Shown: piece by piece, positions 1 through 9,382 of the stretch
Numbering within the stretch: position 1 is the stretch's first letter
Layout of the letters: every line of letters starts with the position of its first letter
The notes under the pieces: generated by a model
What the model was told of the DNA's origin: nothing
Databases searched by the model: none
Seen by the model: the letters and a program-made list of their open reading frames with translations, nothing else
Translations under genes and position numbers: made by a program
Origin: Acidobacteriota bacterium
GTDB lineage: Bacteria > Acidobacteriota > UBA6911 > RPQK01 > G965248645
DNA length: 64,000 nucleotides
Assembly: GCA_965248645.1 (NCBI GenBank)
Contig: OZ252113.1
Span: forward strand, 219,522-283,521
Reading direction: 5' to 3'

Positions 1-174
1 GTAGGGTGGACCATCATGAAGGACGAAAGTCGGTCGGCCTCGTTGTGCCAGTCGAGTCTTGTGATACAAGCGTATCTTATCCCATAGCTGCAGGATTTTG
101 GGTTCTAGGTGTGGAAGATTGGCCTTCATCGGAAAACCGGTCCTAGGTAGGTTTATGGTGTTTTTTAAGTCCAC
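1..174 (-). CDS. ileS: Isoleucyl-tRNA synthetase, N-terminal fragment (gene continues beyond the left edge of the window)
   Basis: Minus-strand translation gives [58 protein letters not shown]. This is the canonical IleS N-terminus (TLNLP..GFPMRANLP..E....W......Y........KFILHDGPPYANG). There is no stop inside the window, so the ORF track omits it. A GTG start is inferred. Confidence 0.7.
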   Translation of the reverse strand, partial: MDLKNTINLPRTGFPMKANLPHLEPKILQLWDKIRLYHKTRLAQRGRPTFVLHDGPPY

Positions 175-286
175 TAGGTTGAGTCTTTCTTTCCCGTTAG
201 AGTGTACTCTCGAAATTATATGGAAATACTGACGGTTTGGAAACGGGAATTCCGAGCGATCTTGAGTTGAGGTTGAAAGGTGGACC

Positions 287-1135
287 CTAGCGAAGATTAA
301 ACATTACTTCAATGGTGGCTAGCACATCGACTGGATTGCCATTCAAGGTCCCAGGACGGAAACGCCAGCGGGTGGAGATCTCTTTAATCGCCTTTTCTTC
401 TAGTCCATGGCCGAGGCCTCTGAGAACCTTGAAACTGTCCACTCGCCCATTCTTGCGAATGATTGCCTGAAAAAGAACAATTCCTTGAACTTTTGCTCGA
501 ATTGCTTGATCCGTGTAACTCGGAATCGTCTGTTCTATAATTTCTGGATTGGTAACACCACCCCCCAGCGTATAGACGCCGCTTCCATCCCCTGTAGCGG
601 AACCGGGTCCGGACTGGGAACCAGCCCCACGACCTTCGAGACCCACCCCTCGTTCCCTACTTAAAGAGGAAGATGGAGGCGCAGTGATATCTCCTATGTT
701 CAATTCGGCTAAGATTTCATCCTGGATTTGCGGTGTCTCCTGGATTTCCTTTCTACGAATCGGTTCTGGTTCGCTGGGTGTAGGATCAGGAATGGGGATG
801 ACCGTGGGTTTTGGTTTCCGAACCTTGGGTTTTGCCGCTGCTCTTGGCTTGGGTGGCTCACCCCCCATTAGTCGGGCGGGTTTTGCCAAATTTCTCAAAA
901 TCAGTACTTCTGTGGGCTGAAACACGCGGTTTCCAAAAGAGGGGAAGACGATCAGAAAAAGCATAATGTGAATCAGGATCGCCAATATTGAAGCCACCTG
1001 AATTCGACGGCGAGCCAGTAGGTCTCCGGTAAAGAGCATGTATGGATCTCTCAGGTACTGCAACCTTTGAGGCTCTGCAATCTTCAAGGCGAAAAGTTTC
1101 TCCAAGAAATCTCTGCATTGGTTGATAGTAGTCAT
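287..1135 (-). CDS. TonB-family energy transducer (N-terminal TM anchor, Pro/Lys-rich linker, TonB C-terminal domain)
   Basis: 282 aa. Hydrophobic segment [17 protein letters not shown], proline-rich spacer [24 protein letters not shown], and a C-terminal block [41 protein letters not shown] typical of the TonB_C domain. Confidence 0.7.
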   Translation of the reverse strand: MTTINQCRDFLEKLFALKIAEPQRLQYLRDPYMLFTGDLLARRRIQVASILAILIHIMLFLIVFPSFGNRVFQPTEVLILRNLAKPARLMGGEPPKPRAAAKPKVRKPKPTVIPIPDPTPSEPEPIRRKEIQETPQIQDEILAELNIGDITAPPSSSLSRERGVGLEGRGAGSQSGPGSATGDGSGVYTLGGGVTNPEIIEQTIPSYTDQAIRAKVQGIVLFQAIIRKNGRVDSFKVLRGLGHGLEEKAIKEISTRWRFRPGTLNGNPVDVLATIEVMFNLR

Positions 1136-1214
1136 TATTCTTTAAAACTATTAAGTGGATATGCCAGGCCTAATCCTAAGAAAACCTTGGTGGTAGAGTC
1201 AACTCTTCGACCCT

Positions 1215-1922
1215 TCATTTAGGATGAATACCGTCTGTAAATGGCTCACCATCGGTCGAAAAAAAAGATCTCGAACGAAGATACTGGTGAGTACGATGGG
1301 GCAAATCTTTTGGACGAGATGCCAAATCCCGTTGAAGTCTGGCCAGGTCGGTGCCTGTATCTACGTCGTACCAGGGAGGTAATAGGTGGTACTCTCTTCG
1401 ACTGAGTTTACCCACCGTCTGTGCTAGAACTTCCGAAGTGCCCCAATCGATACCTTCAAACAATTCGGGACGAGGCTCTGCGAGACCTAACAGGTAGTAT
1501 CCGCCGTCCTCCGCTGGCCCAATCACGACCGGGACATTGATCAAATGGTGAAGGGCCTGATTGATATAGGGGAGGGGTAGGTTCGGAGTGTCGCAGCCTA
1601 TGAAGATAACTCTCTCGATTTCCCCCGAGATCTTTCGATATGCATTCCACAGTCGCTGACCTAGATAGCAACCTGATTGGCGGTCAATGCGAACATCTGG
1701 TCTTAGCGAATGTTCGCTGGCAAAGCGGATTTTTTCCTTTTCGGAGCAATCCGATAGATAAAGGTAGCAGTGAATCTCCAACTGGGCAATCCGATCGAGG
1801 GTGTCCAGCAAAAATGCTATGTGAAGATGAAGTCGATCCCTGGAGGAGAGCACGGGAGATAGTCGAGTCTTGACCTTTTCAAGGCGAGGGTAGCGGGCGA
1901 ACAAGACCAGTGCTTCAGGCAA
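1215..1922 (-). CDS. DUF2064/TIGR04282-like MobA-fold nucleotidyltransferase-like protein
   Basis: 235 aa. The N-terminus ALVLFARYPRLEKVKTRL and the later GCDTP..GPAEDGGYYLLGL motif resemble the DUF2064 family. It overlaps the upstream HNH gene by 8 nt, so the two are probably co-transcribed. Confidence 0.5.
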   Translation of the reverse strand: MPEALVLFARYPRLEKVKTRLSPVLSSRDRLHLHIAFLLDTLDRIAQLEIHCYLYLSDCSEKEKIRFASEHSLRPDVRIDRQSGCYLGQRLWNAYRKISGEIERVIFIGCDTPNLPLPYINQALHHLINVPVVIGPAEDGGYYLLGLAEPRPELFEGIDWGTSEVLAQTVGKLSRREYHLLPPWYDVDTGTDLARLQRDLASRPKDLPHRTHQYLRSRSFFSTDGEPFTDGIHPK

Positions 1923-2463
1923 ACTTGGTATCCACGTGCCAGAAAATGTAGGTTTTCCAACTTTCCGGGGTAGTATTGCGACTCAGAAAGAAGCGTATTT
2001 TATGGGGGAATCCGGGGGGAGCTTTTGGGTTTCGTAGCAGTCTGAGACCGGCTTCTTCCGGTGTGTGTCCTCCTTTTCTACGATTGCAGGCTATACAGGA
2101 AGTGACGATATTGTCCCAGGATTTGGAGCCCCCTCGAGAGACTGGGATAACGTGGTCGTAAGTCAGTTCCCCTAAAGCGAGACGACGATCGCAATATTGA
2201 CAACGGTAGTCATCCCTAGCCAACAGATTGGACCGAGTGAATCTCACTTGATGGTATGAGCGCTTGATCCTTCTATAGGAGAGTAATCTCAAGACCGATG
2301 GCAACCTCAGGGCTAAAGAAACGCTTCGGACTTCGCGATCGTACTCCTCAACCACTTCTACTTTTTCCTGAAACAGCATTCGGACCGCACGTTTCCAGGA
2401 GACGACCCGTAAAGGTTCGTAAGTGGTATTTAAGAGGAGAGCCTGTTCTGCCGCCAGATCCAT
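1915..2463 (-). CDS. HNH endonuclease (McrA-like, zinc-finger HNH)
   Basis: 182 aa. The C..C....DHVIPVSRGG....N....C..CN motif (CQYCDRRL..YDHVIPVSRGGSKSWDNIVTSCIACNRRKGG) is diagnostic of the HNH nuclease fold. The true start may lie inside the ORF. Confidence 0.65.
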   Translation of the reverse strand: MDLAAEQALLLNTTYEPLRVVSWKRAVRMLFQEKVEVVEEYDREVRSVSLALRLPSVLRLLSYRRIKRSYHQVRFTRSNLLARDDYRCQYCDRRLALGELTYDHVIPVSRGGSKSWDNIVTSCIACNRRKGGHTPEEAGLRLLRNPKAPPGFPHKIRFFLSRNTTPESWKTYIFWHVDTKFA

Positions 2464-2686
2464 TTACTTTGATCCTTAGATGTGGCCCTGCGGGCCCCGG
2501 AAACTGTCTAAGGGAAACTGATCGAATTGTCAAGAGATGTGAGAGCCTGAGTTCTGGGTGATTTGCACATTTTCTGGTTCTCTTTTCTGCGGCCGGTCTG
2601 GCCAGTGTCTATCGTTGCTTCTTTTCGCTTTACCGTGTTGCAGAGTTCTTTCCCCTCTGACGCGGGTTTTGTCCTAAAATAAATAG

Positions 2687-3571
2687 ATGAAGTTGTATCT
2701 TAGCTTATTATTGGTCCTCCTGATGAGGCCAGGCATCACCTTTTTGGCTGCCAGTGATCGGGCAACCCAGGTTACGCTCTTCTTTACCGGTTTCGTACAG
2801 GGAGCATTCGAACCGTGTGGCTGAAAGGTAAGTCCCGCCGGGGGACTGGCTCGTCGAGCCGGTTACGTTAGCCATTATCGCAGGGAAAACGGGGGGTATG
2901 TCCTTCAGGTCGATTCGGGAAACTACTTTAAACCCTTGGGGACGAACGCTAGGATGATTAATCGATTAATGATCCAGAGCCTGGATCGATTACCCATTCA
3001 TGTATTTAATCTGGCTGCCGAAGATTTGTGGTTATGGCAAGAGCTGTCCAGGGCCCAAGTGGTTACCAGCATCATCTCGACTAACCTTGTTCCCCGTCGT
3101 TCCAATGTGCCTAGCCCGGCGCCGTTCTTCATCGTTGACGTACCCGGGCCTGAGGTTGGCCTCAACAAAAACGTTCGGATCGGCTTTCTGGGACTGGCCG
3201 CTCCAAATAGGATAAAACCCAATTCCGAGTTTTTGGCTCTGGACCCTCTAAATGCGGTGGCGGAAAGGAAAAGCCAATGGGCAGGAAGAGCAGATTTCTG
3301 GGTTGTCTTAACAGATTTACCCAGAGAAACTGCCCGTCAACTGGCCTTGGCGCATCCAGAGATTTATGCGATTTTGCTGGCAGAGAAAAGATTCATCCTT
3401 CATCCTCCTGAACAGGTGAACCATGCCGCCATTCTATCCAGCGTGGAGAGGGGACGCTACCTTGGTCGCCTAACTTTTGAGTTGGATGAGGCGGGTAATG
3501 TGGTTGGCCTAGAATCGGAGCTGATTGAATTGAAGAAAGGTGTTCCCGAAGATTCGACTCTGTTGAAATAA
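2687..3571 (+). pseudogene. Calcineurin-like metallophosphoesterase / 5'-nucleotidase N-terminal-domain homolog with an in-frame TGA (2822-2824) and degenerate metal-binding motifs
   Basis: The ATG at 2687 gives a signal peptide MKLYLSLLLVLLMRPGITFLAASD followed by VTLFFTGFVQGAFEPCG, the counterpart of ILHTNDIHGRLEP. A TGA follows, and the same frame continues with GGLARRAGYV...ENGGYVLQVDSGNYFKP (the LLDAGDxxQG motif) and NLAAEDLW (in place of GNHEFD). Then comes ADFWVVLTDLPRETARQLALAHPEIYAILLAEKRFILHPP, which corresponds to DVVIALSHLG..DLELAK.VPGIDLIIGGHSH. The catalytic H/D/N residues are replaced, and there is no C-terminal 5'-nucleotidase domain. Confidence 0.5.
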
Positions 3572-3611
3572 ATCTCAAAAGGGTGCTCGCATTGCAGATC
3601 GATCCGGACGG

Positions 3612-3917
3612 ATGATGATGAAAGGCCTCGGGTCTCTTCTTTCGGCGTTTTTGACGGATGTAGTGAAAGACCATGAGGTCACGTTGATTTTTTTGAAGGA
3701 ACTATGGCCGCAGATTGTGGGAAAAGAGTTGGCGCGAAGAAGTTGTCCCTTGGCTCTTCAAGGTTCGACTTTGCGGGTCGCGGTTCAGAGTGAGGTCTGG
3801 AGAGAAGAGCTCTGTGATCTTCACAGAATGTTGGTTCAGTCGATTAATGACTTTTGGGAATTGCCCCTAGTTGAGAAGATCGAATTTGAAAATCGTCTAC
3901 ATCAAGTTGGGAATTGA
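3612..3917 (+). CDS. dciA: DUF721 / DciA-like protein (putative helicase-loading factor)
   Basis: 101 aa. The block LWPQIVGKELARRSCPLALQGSTLRVAVQSEVWREELCDLHRMLVQSIN fits the DUF721 signature (W..IVG..LA.H..P..L..G.L.V.V.S..W..EL). Confidence 0.5.
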   Translation: MMMKGLGSLLSAFLTDVVKDHEVTLIFLKELWPQIVGKELARRSCPLALQGSTLRVAVQSEVWREELCDLHRMLVQSINDFWELPLVEKIEFENRLHQVGN

Positions 3918-4142
3918 ATAACCGTGGTCCCAGAAGGAACCAGCGTAATCGCTTTGCCGAGGAGGCAGTCTGTCCTCGACTCCCAGTCAAGGTGTGGCAT
4001 CCTCTTTGCTTGGGAGGGATTACGCTAAACGAACGCCGGAAAGACTCTTTAATGTCCAACGCAGCCTGTCTGTTGAGAAAGGTGCAGGGAAAGGGGTCAA
4101 AGGTATCTTGAAAAGGTGTAAACCTATAAACTCGCTCGCTCG

Positions 4143-6092
4143 ATGTGCCATAATATAGTCATGTTTCAGTTGCTTGCAGTAATCGGTCTGGCTGTAGTAC
4201 CTGCTAGCGAGTCTAGCCAGGGGGAAATTGACCTAGCTCGGTCCTATTATCACTTTAGCCTGGCCAAGACACTTACTTTTGCGGAAAAGTACCCACAGGC
4301 GATTGCTGAATTCGAGAAAGCCATCACCTCGAATCCCCAAAGCTCTGAACTGCGTCTTCAATTGGTGGAAACCTTGCTGCGAGCGCAGGAGATTAAGCGC
4401 GCCCTAGAGCAAGGAGGGAAAGCGATCGACTTGGCGCCGAACAGTGTGGAGGCCCATCTCTTGCTGGGGCATATTTATTTCGGTTACCGATGGAGTGATC
4501 ATGCAAAGATGCTCCAAAAGGCCCGGGCTGAATTTGAACGAGTCATGGCACTGGATCCCGCAAATTCGAGGGCGCTCGAAGCACTGGGGAGAATCTATCT
4601 CATCAAGGAGGAGTATCCGAGGGCAGCTGATGTCCTCGCGCAGTTAAATCAGATTCGCCCCTCTTTTCTGGAAGGGTACTATCTAAGTGCCCATGCTCGC
4701 CTCGGGCTAAAAGAAACTGAGCTTGCGATTGAGCTACTGGAGCAGTCTTTGAAGTTCGGTGCAGGCGGTCCACAAAATCTTAAGCAGATGACGGAGAATC
4801 TGAAACTTTTAGGCAATCTTTATGAGCAGACCAATCAATACGAAAAGGCAGTCCAGACCTATCGTCAAACGATCCAGTATAATCCAGGTGTTAGGATCCG
4901 TCGCCAGCTTGGGGTTTTGCTAGTTTCCCTCAAGCATTTTGAAGAGGCCATTCCCATCCTCAAAGCACTCTCCGATCAGTATCCGCAAGACAGCCAAATC
5001 AAATTGGAACTGGGGAAGGCCTTAAAGGGGCAGGAGAAGTACTCTGAGGCATCGGGCATCTTTTATCAGCTGCTGAGTGAGGACCCCGATCATATCGAGG
5101 GTAACTATCAGTTGGCTCTGGTACTGGCGGGCCTTGGAGAGCGATCCGAGGCAATTGATAAATTGCTGCATGTTCTTGAAATTGAGAAGTCACAGCGTAG
5201 CCGAGATCTGTTTCGTACTCACCTAGCGTTCCTTTACCGAGAAATGCGCCAATTCGACGAAGCGATTCCTCTGTTTGAGGAAATGAGTCTTGAGCGGCCA
5301 GACGATGTTTTCGTGCAAGTGTCATTGATTGAAACGCTGCGCGATGCTGGGCGGCTTGAGGAAGGCCTATCTCGAAGCCTTCAGCTTCTGAAGGAACACC
5401 CTGATGTGCCAAGAGTAAGTATCACTCGGGCTCTAGTTTTGTCTGCCGCTCGACGCCTCAAGGATGCGATCAGTTTATTGGAAGATCGGATCAGACAATA
5501 CCCAGATCAAGACGAATTTTATCTGTGGGCTAGCCAGCTCTATTTGGAACACAAAAAGTACGCCCAGGCAGAGAGGATCATACGACAGGCGCTTTCAATC
5601 GCTCCGGACAATCAGCGAATACAGTTTCAGCTGGCCGCGGTGCATGAGCGCCGAGATTCCCTCGAGCACGCGGAACAGCTTTTCACCCAAATTTTGGAAA
5701 ATGATCCAGAACATGCCGGAGCCCTAAATTATTGGGGCTATATGCTGGCCGATAGGGGGATTCGCCTTCAGGAAGCTCTGGAATACATCCAAAGGGCGGT
5801 GGAGATCGAGGCTCACAACGGGGCTTATCTGGACAGTCTGGGATGGGTATATTTCAAGCTCAATCGGCTGGAACTGGCAGAAGTGCATCTCCGCCGAGCT
5901 GCCAAGATCAATGGAACCGATTCCACGATTTGTGACCATTTAGGGGACCTTTATTACAAAATAGGAGATTATGCAAAGGCTTGCCAATACTACGAGCAGG
6001 CCATCCGTTATACGAGCGAACAAAGGGAACGGGAAAGGATCCACAAGAAGTTGGCAGATGTCAAGAAGCGACTTTCCCGGGCTGGTCATTGA
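4143..6092 (+). CDS. Secreted tetratricopeptide-repeat (TPR) protein
   Basis: 649 aa. N-terminal signal/TM MFQLLAVIGLAVVPASE, followed by many 34-residue TPR-like repeats (W-LG-Y / A-F-A-P patterns, e.g. AHLLLGHIYF, ALEALGRIYL, ALNYWGYMLA, YLDSLGWVYF). Confidence 0.7.
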   Translation: MCHNIVMFQLLAVIGLAVVPASESSQGEIDLARSYYHFSLAKTLTFAEKYPQAIAEFEKAITSNPQSSELRLQLVETLLRAQEIKRALEQGGKAIDLAPNSVEAHLLLGHIYFGYRWSDHAKMLQKARAEFERVMALDPANSRALEALGRIYLIKEEYPRAADVLAQLNQIRPSFLEGYYLSAHARLGLKETELAIELLEQSLKFGAGGPQNLKQMTENLKLLGNLYEQTNQYEKAVQTYRQTIQYNPGVRIRRQLGVLLVSLKHFEEAIPILKALSDQYPQDSQIKLELGKALKGQEKYSEASGIFYQLLSEDPDHIEGNYQLALVLAGLGERSEAIDKLLHVLEIEKSQRSRDLFRTHLAFLYREMRQFDEAIPLFEEMSLERPDDVFVQVSLIETLRDAGRLEEGLSRSLQLLKEHPDVPRVSITRALVLSAARRLKDAISLLEDRIRQYPDQDEFYLWASQLYLEHKKYAQAERIIRQALSIAPDNQRIQFQLAAVHERRDSLEHAEQLFTQILENDPEHAGALNYWGYMLADRGIRLQEALEYIQRAVEIEAHNGAYLDSLGWVYFKLNRLELAEVHLRRAAKINGTDSTICDHLGDLYYKIGDYAKACQYYEQAIRYTSEQRERERIHKKLADVKKRLSRAGH

Positions 6093-6150
6093 GATCTGGA
6101 GCGCCTACTAGAAAACCCACCATAAAGCGCACACACAAATCCCTGGGTCC

Positions 6151-7080
6151 ATGTCGCTAGTGCTTCCTTCTTTCGCTAAAGTAAACTGGCTCCTGAAAGT
6201 TCTGGGCAAGCGAAGGGATGGCTATCATGAAGTGGTAACCGTCTATCAGACTATCAATCTGTGCGACGAGATCTTTTTCGAACTAGCTCCCAAGTCGATT
6301 CGGTTGTACATCGAAGGGCGAAAGGTCAGCTCAGGTCAGGACAATCTTCTCCACCGTGCCGCCTGCTTGCTCCGCGAGGCGAAAGGAATTCGAGCCGGAA
6401 TCCAAATACGGTTGAGGAAGAATATCCCGGTTTGTGCAGGACTAGGAGGAGGTTCCAGTAACGCCGCCATGGCGCTTTTGGCCATTAACCAGCTTTGGGG
6501 GTGCAATTTCAGACGACAGGACTTGGCGAAGATGGGTGCAGAATTAGGTTCTGATGTCCCTTTCTTTCTGTCAGGGGGTACCGCTCTGGGTGTCGGGCGA
6601 GGTGAGAAGCTTCACCACTTTCCGGACACCCTGGGGACAAGACATCTCGTTTTGGTCTATCCTCGTTTGGAAATCCCTACTTCCCAAGCCTATTCAGTGG
6701 GAGATCGACAGCATTGGAACCGATCCAGAATATTGACAAGCGAGAGGATGGATACTAAAATTCTTCGCTTTCGCGAGGTTCTGAAAAGAAAGACATCTCT
6801 TGGAACTAACCTGGAAAACGATTTCGAAGGTCCCCTTTTAGATAAGTATCCAGTGCTAGCTAAGACAAAACAAATCCTTGAAGAAGCGGGTTGCAAGAAG
6901 GTGATGCTTTGTGGGAGCGGATCTACTCTAATGGGTCTGAATGAACCCTTTGAGGTAGACAGGGTGATGGAGGCAGTTTTAGATAGTGATGTGGGTGAAG
7001 TTTTTTATCAGCAGACTCTGTCTCGCAAGAGATATCGGGAAATTTTGACCCGATCCGGTTTGCATTGGCCTGAAAAATGA
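6151..7080 (+). CDS. ispE: 4-diphosphocytidyl-2-C-methyl-D-erythritol kinase
   Basis: 309 aa. PSFAKVNWLLKVLGKRRDGYHEV and the GHMP-kinase motif IPVCAGLGGGSSNAAMAL. Lies in the conserved ispE-prs-rplY-pth cluster. Confidence 0.85.
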   Translation: MSLVLPSFAKVNWLLKVLGKRRDGYHEVVTVYQTINLCDEIFFELAPKSIRLYIEGRKVSSGQDNLLHRAACLLREAKGIRAGIQIRLRKNIPVCAGLGGGSSNAAMALLAINQLWGCNFRRQDLAKMGAELGSDVPFFLSGGTALGVGRGEKLHHFPDTLGTRHLVLVYPRLEIPTSQAYSVGDRQHWNRSRILTSERMDTKILRFREVLKRKTSLGTNLENDFEGPLLDKYPVLAKTKQILEEAGCKKVMLCGSGSTLMGLNEPFEVDRVMEAVLDSDVGEVFYQQTLSRKRYREILTRSGLHWPEK

Positions 7081-7093
7081 CACCCCTAATACC

Positions 7094-8029
7094 ATGTCTG
7101 ACTTAGTTATTTTTTCCGGGAATGCGAACCCCAGACTGGCCCAAGAGATCAGCGAATATTTGGGACTACCCCTGGGACTAGTCAAACTAAAGCGCTTCAG
7201 TGATGGCGAGATAAATTTCCAGACCCTGGAGAATGTGCGAGGCAAGGACGTCTTCATTGTTCAACCTACCTGTCCTCCTGTCAACGAAAGTCTCATGGAA
7301 CTCTTGATTATGATCGATGCGTTCAAGAGGTCGTCTGCTCAACGTATTACCGCGGTGCTCCCATATTACGGATACGCTCGTCAGGATCGCAAAGACAAAC
7401 CACGGGTCCCTATTTCCTCCAAGCTGGTCGGAGACCTACTGTCAGCGGCCGGAGCTCATCGCTTGCTTACCCTCGATTTGCACGCGGGTCAGATCCAGGG
7501 TTTCTTCAATATCCCTGTCGATCACCTTTTCGCAACACCGGTCATGCTCGAGTATCTCTTGGAATTGGAGCTTAGGGAACTAACCATCATTTCCCCGGAT
7601 GCTGGAGGAGTGGAGCGGGCTCGTGCCTACGCGAAGTTGCTCGGGGCTAGTCTCGCCATCATCGACAAGCGCCGGGTAGAAGACAATGAGGCGGCCGTCA
7701 TGCACATTGTCGGAGAAGTCGAAGGGAAAGATGTAGTGATCGTAGACGACCTTATCGACACTGCGGGAACCATGGTTCAGTCGGCTGGTGTATTGAAGGA
7801 GAGAGGTGCACGTCGGGTCTTGGGGGCCGCTACCCATCCAGTCCTTTCGGGACCTGCTATTGCTAGGCTGGCGAACTCAGATTTCGAGATGATTATCGTG
7901 ACCAATACGATTTCCCTGTCTCCGGAAAAGAAAATTCCGAACATCAAGATTCTGAGCGTCGCGGGTCTTTTGGGAGAGGCCATTAAATCCATTCACGAAG
8001 AGACGTCAGTGAGCAGACTCTTCGTTTAA
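7094..8029 (+). CDS. prs: Ribose-phosphate pyrophosphokinase (PRPP synthetase)
   Basis: 311 aa. VIFSGNANPRLAQEISEYLG..KRFSDGEI, the DLHAGQIQGFF motif, and the VIVDDLIDTAGT PRPP-binding loop. Confidence 0.9.
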   Translation: MSDLVIFSGNANPRLAQEISEYLGLPLGLVKLKRFSDGEINFQTLENVRGKDVFIVQPTCPPVNESLMELLIMIDAFKRSSAQRITAVLPYYGYARQDRKDKPRVPISSKLVGDLLSAAGAHRLLTLDLHAGQIQGFFNIPVDHLFATPVMLEYLLELELRELTIISPDAGGVERARAYAKLLGASLAIIDKRRVEDNEAAVMHIVGEVEGKDVVIVDDLIDTAGTMVQSAGVLKERGARRVLGAATHPVLSGPAIARLANSDFEMIIVTNTISLSPEKKIPNIKILSVAGLLGEAIKSIHEETSVSRLFV

Positions 8030-8113
8030 ATCAAGTTCCCAGTGAGCCATTAGCGGGCACTTTGCTTGCCAAAGATGGTTATTCGGGGTCTCTGACTTCT
8101 CAGGAGGTTAGAA

Positions 8114-8767
8114 ATGAAAAGGCTATTAGTCGAAGCCAAGGAGCGGAAACTAAGCGGTAAGAACGCCAATCGGCGCTTGCGTCAGGACGGAAGAATTCCA
8201 GGGGTAGTCTATGGGAAAGGACGGCAGTCCTTTTCAGTCAGCATTGACTCCGCAGAGGTTTACCGTATCCTCCACTCTGAGGCGGGCCGCAACACGATTT
8301 TTAAACTTGAAATGGGTGGATGGCTCAGTGATGTTTTGATCAGGGATTACCAGCTGGATCCAGTCAAAGAGGACTTGGTGCATGCAGATTTTCAGGTGGT
8401 TTCGATGGACCAGAAAATGGCGTTCCAGGTTCCGATAGAGGCCGTCGGTCTTTCCAAAGGTGTCAAGGCAGGGGGTATCTTGGACATTGTGCTTCGAGAG
8501 GTCGAGTTACTCTGTCTGCCGTCGGACGTGCCCGATCATATCCGTGTCGATGTTACCGATTTAGAAGTGGGAGACATAGTTCGGTTGGAGAAGGTGGAAG
8601 TTGATGTTAGCAAGGTCACCATTCTTTCAGATTCTAACCTCGTAGTGGTGACGGTGGTGCCACCCCCTGTGGAAGAAGAGCCGGAGATAGATGAAGTGGA
8701 GGAAGCTGCCGAGCCCGAAGTGATCAAGAGGGAAGCAGCTGAAGAAGAGGAAGAAACAGCAGGCTGA
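8114..8767 (+). CDS. rplY: 50S ribosomal protein L25 / general stress protein Ctc, with acidic C-terminal tail
   Basis: 217 aa. The N-terminus KERKLSGKNANRRLRQDGRIPGVVYGKG matches the L25/Ctc family. The glutamate-rich tail EEEPEIDEVEEAAEPE is present. Confidence 0.85.
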   Translation: MKRLLVEAKERKLSGKNANRRLRQDGRIPGVVYGKGRQSFSVSIDSAEVYRILHSEAGRNTIFKLEMGGWLSDVLIRDYQLDPVKEDLVHADFQVVSMDQKMAFQVPIEAVGLSKGVKAGGILDIVLREVELLCLPSDVPDHIRVDVTDLEVGDIVRLEKVEVDVSKVTILSDSNLVVVTVVPPPVEEEPEIDEVEEAAEPEVIKREAAEEEEETAG

Positions 8768-8782
8768 GGAGTAATTTCTGAA

Positions 8783-9340
8783 GTGCATCTGGTCGCTGGC
8801 CTGGGTAATCCCGGTGCAGCACATCGAAAGAATCGACACAACGTGGGATTCATGGTGGTCGATCGGATAGCCCGGCAGGTCAACAGACGTTGGCGACGGT
8901 CGTTAGCTTATTCGCAGGTGTGCTGGGTGCGGCGGGCTAGTCAGCGGGTTCTTCTAGCTAAGCCGCAGACCAGCATGAACTTGAGTGGTCAAGCCCTGGC
9001 AGAGCTTCTGGATTACTGCCCTTTCGAGCTTTCCCGAGTGCTGCTTGTCTATGACGATATTGCCCTTCCATTGGGGCGGATCCGCATTAGGCATTCGGGA
9101 AGCGCTGGAGGACAAAAAGGGATGCAGTCTGTGATTGCGGCCCTAGGAACTGAGAATATTCGTCGATTGAGAGTCGGTATTGGCCAAGACATGCTGCCTG
9201 CAGACTACACTCAATATGTGCTGGGTGATTTTGGAAAAGAAGAAGAGGCAGTCTTGGACCGAGTCCTGGAGCGGGCTATCGAGGCGACTTATTTCATCAT
9301 GGACCAAGGGATAGATCGGGCCATGAGCGTCTATAATTGA
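8783..9340 (+). CDS. pth: Peptidyl-tRNA hydrolase
   Basis: 185 aa. MHLVAGLGNPGAAHRKNRHNVGFMVVDRIA is the canonical Pth N-terminus. Confidence 0.9.
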   Translation: MHLVAGLGNPGAAHRKNRHNVGFMVVDRIARQVNRRWRRSLAYSQVCWVRRASQRVLLAKPQTSMNLSGQALAELLDYCPFELSRVLLVYDDIALPLGRIRIRHSGSAGGQKGMQSVIAALGTENIRRLRVGIGQDMLPADYTQYVLGDFGKEEEAVLDRVLERAIEATYFIMDQGIDRAMSVYN

Positions 9341-9382
9341 GGTTGGCAGGAGGTTGAAGTGAGCGAGGTGAGAATAGTTACA

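Noticed and set aside
2780-2830. TTCGAACC string that looked like a tRNA T-loop in a 470-bp apparent intergenic region
   Set aside because: No acceptor or anticodon stems. The region translates in frame as the N-terminal part of the 5'-nucleotidase-like pseudogene (…VTLFFTGFVQGAFEPCG…).
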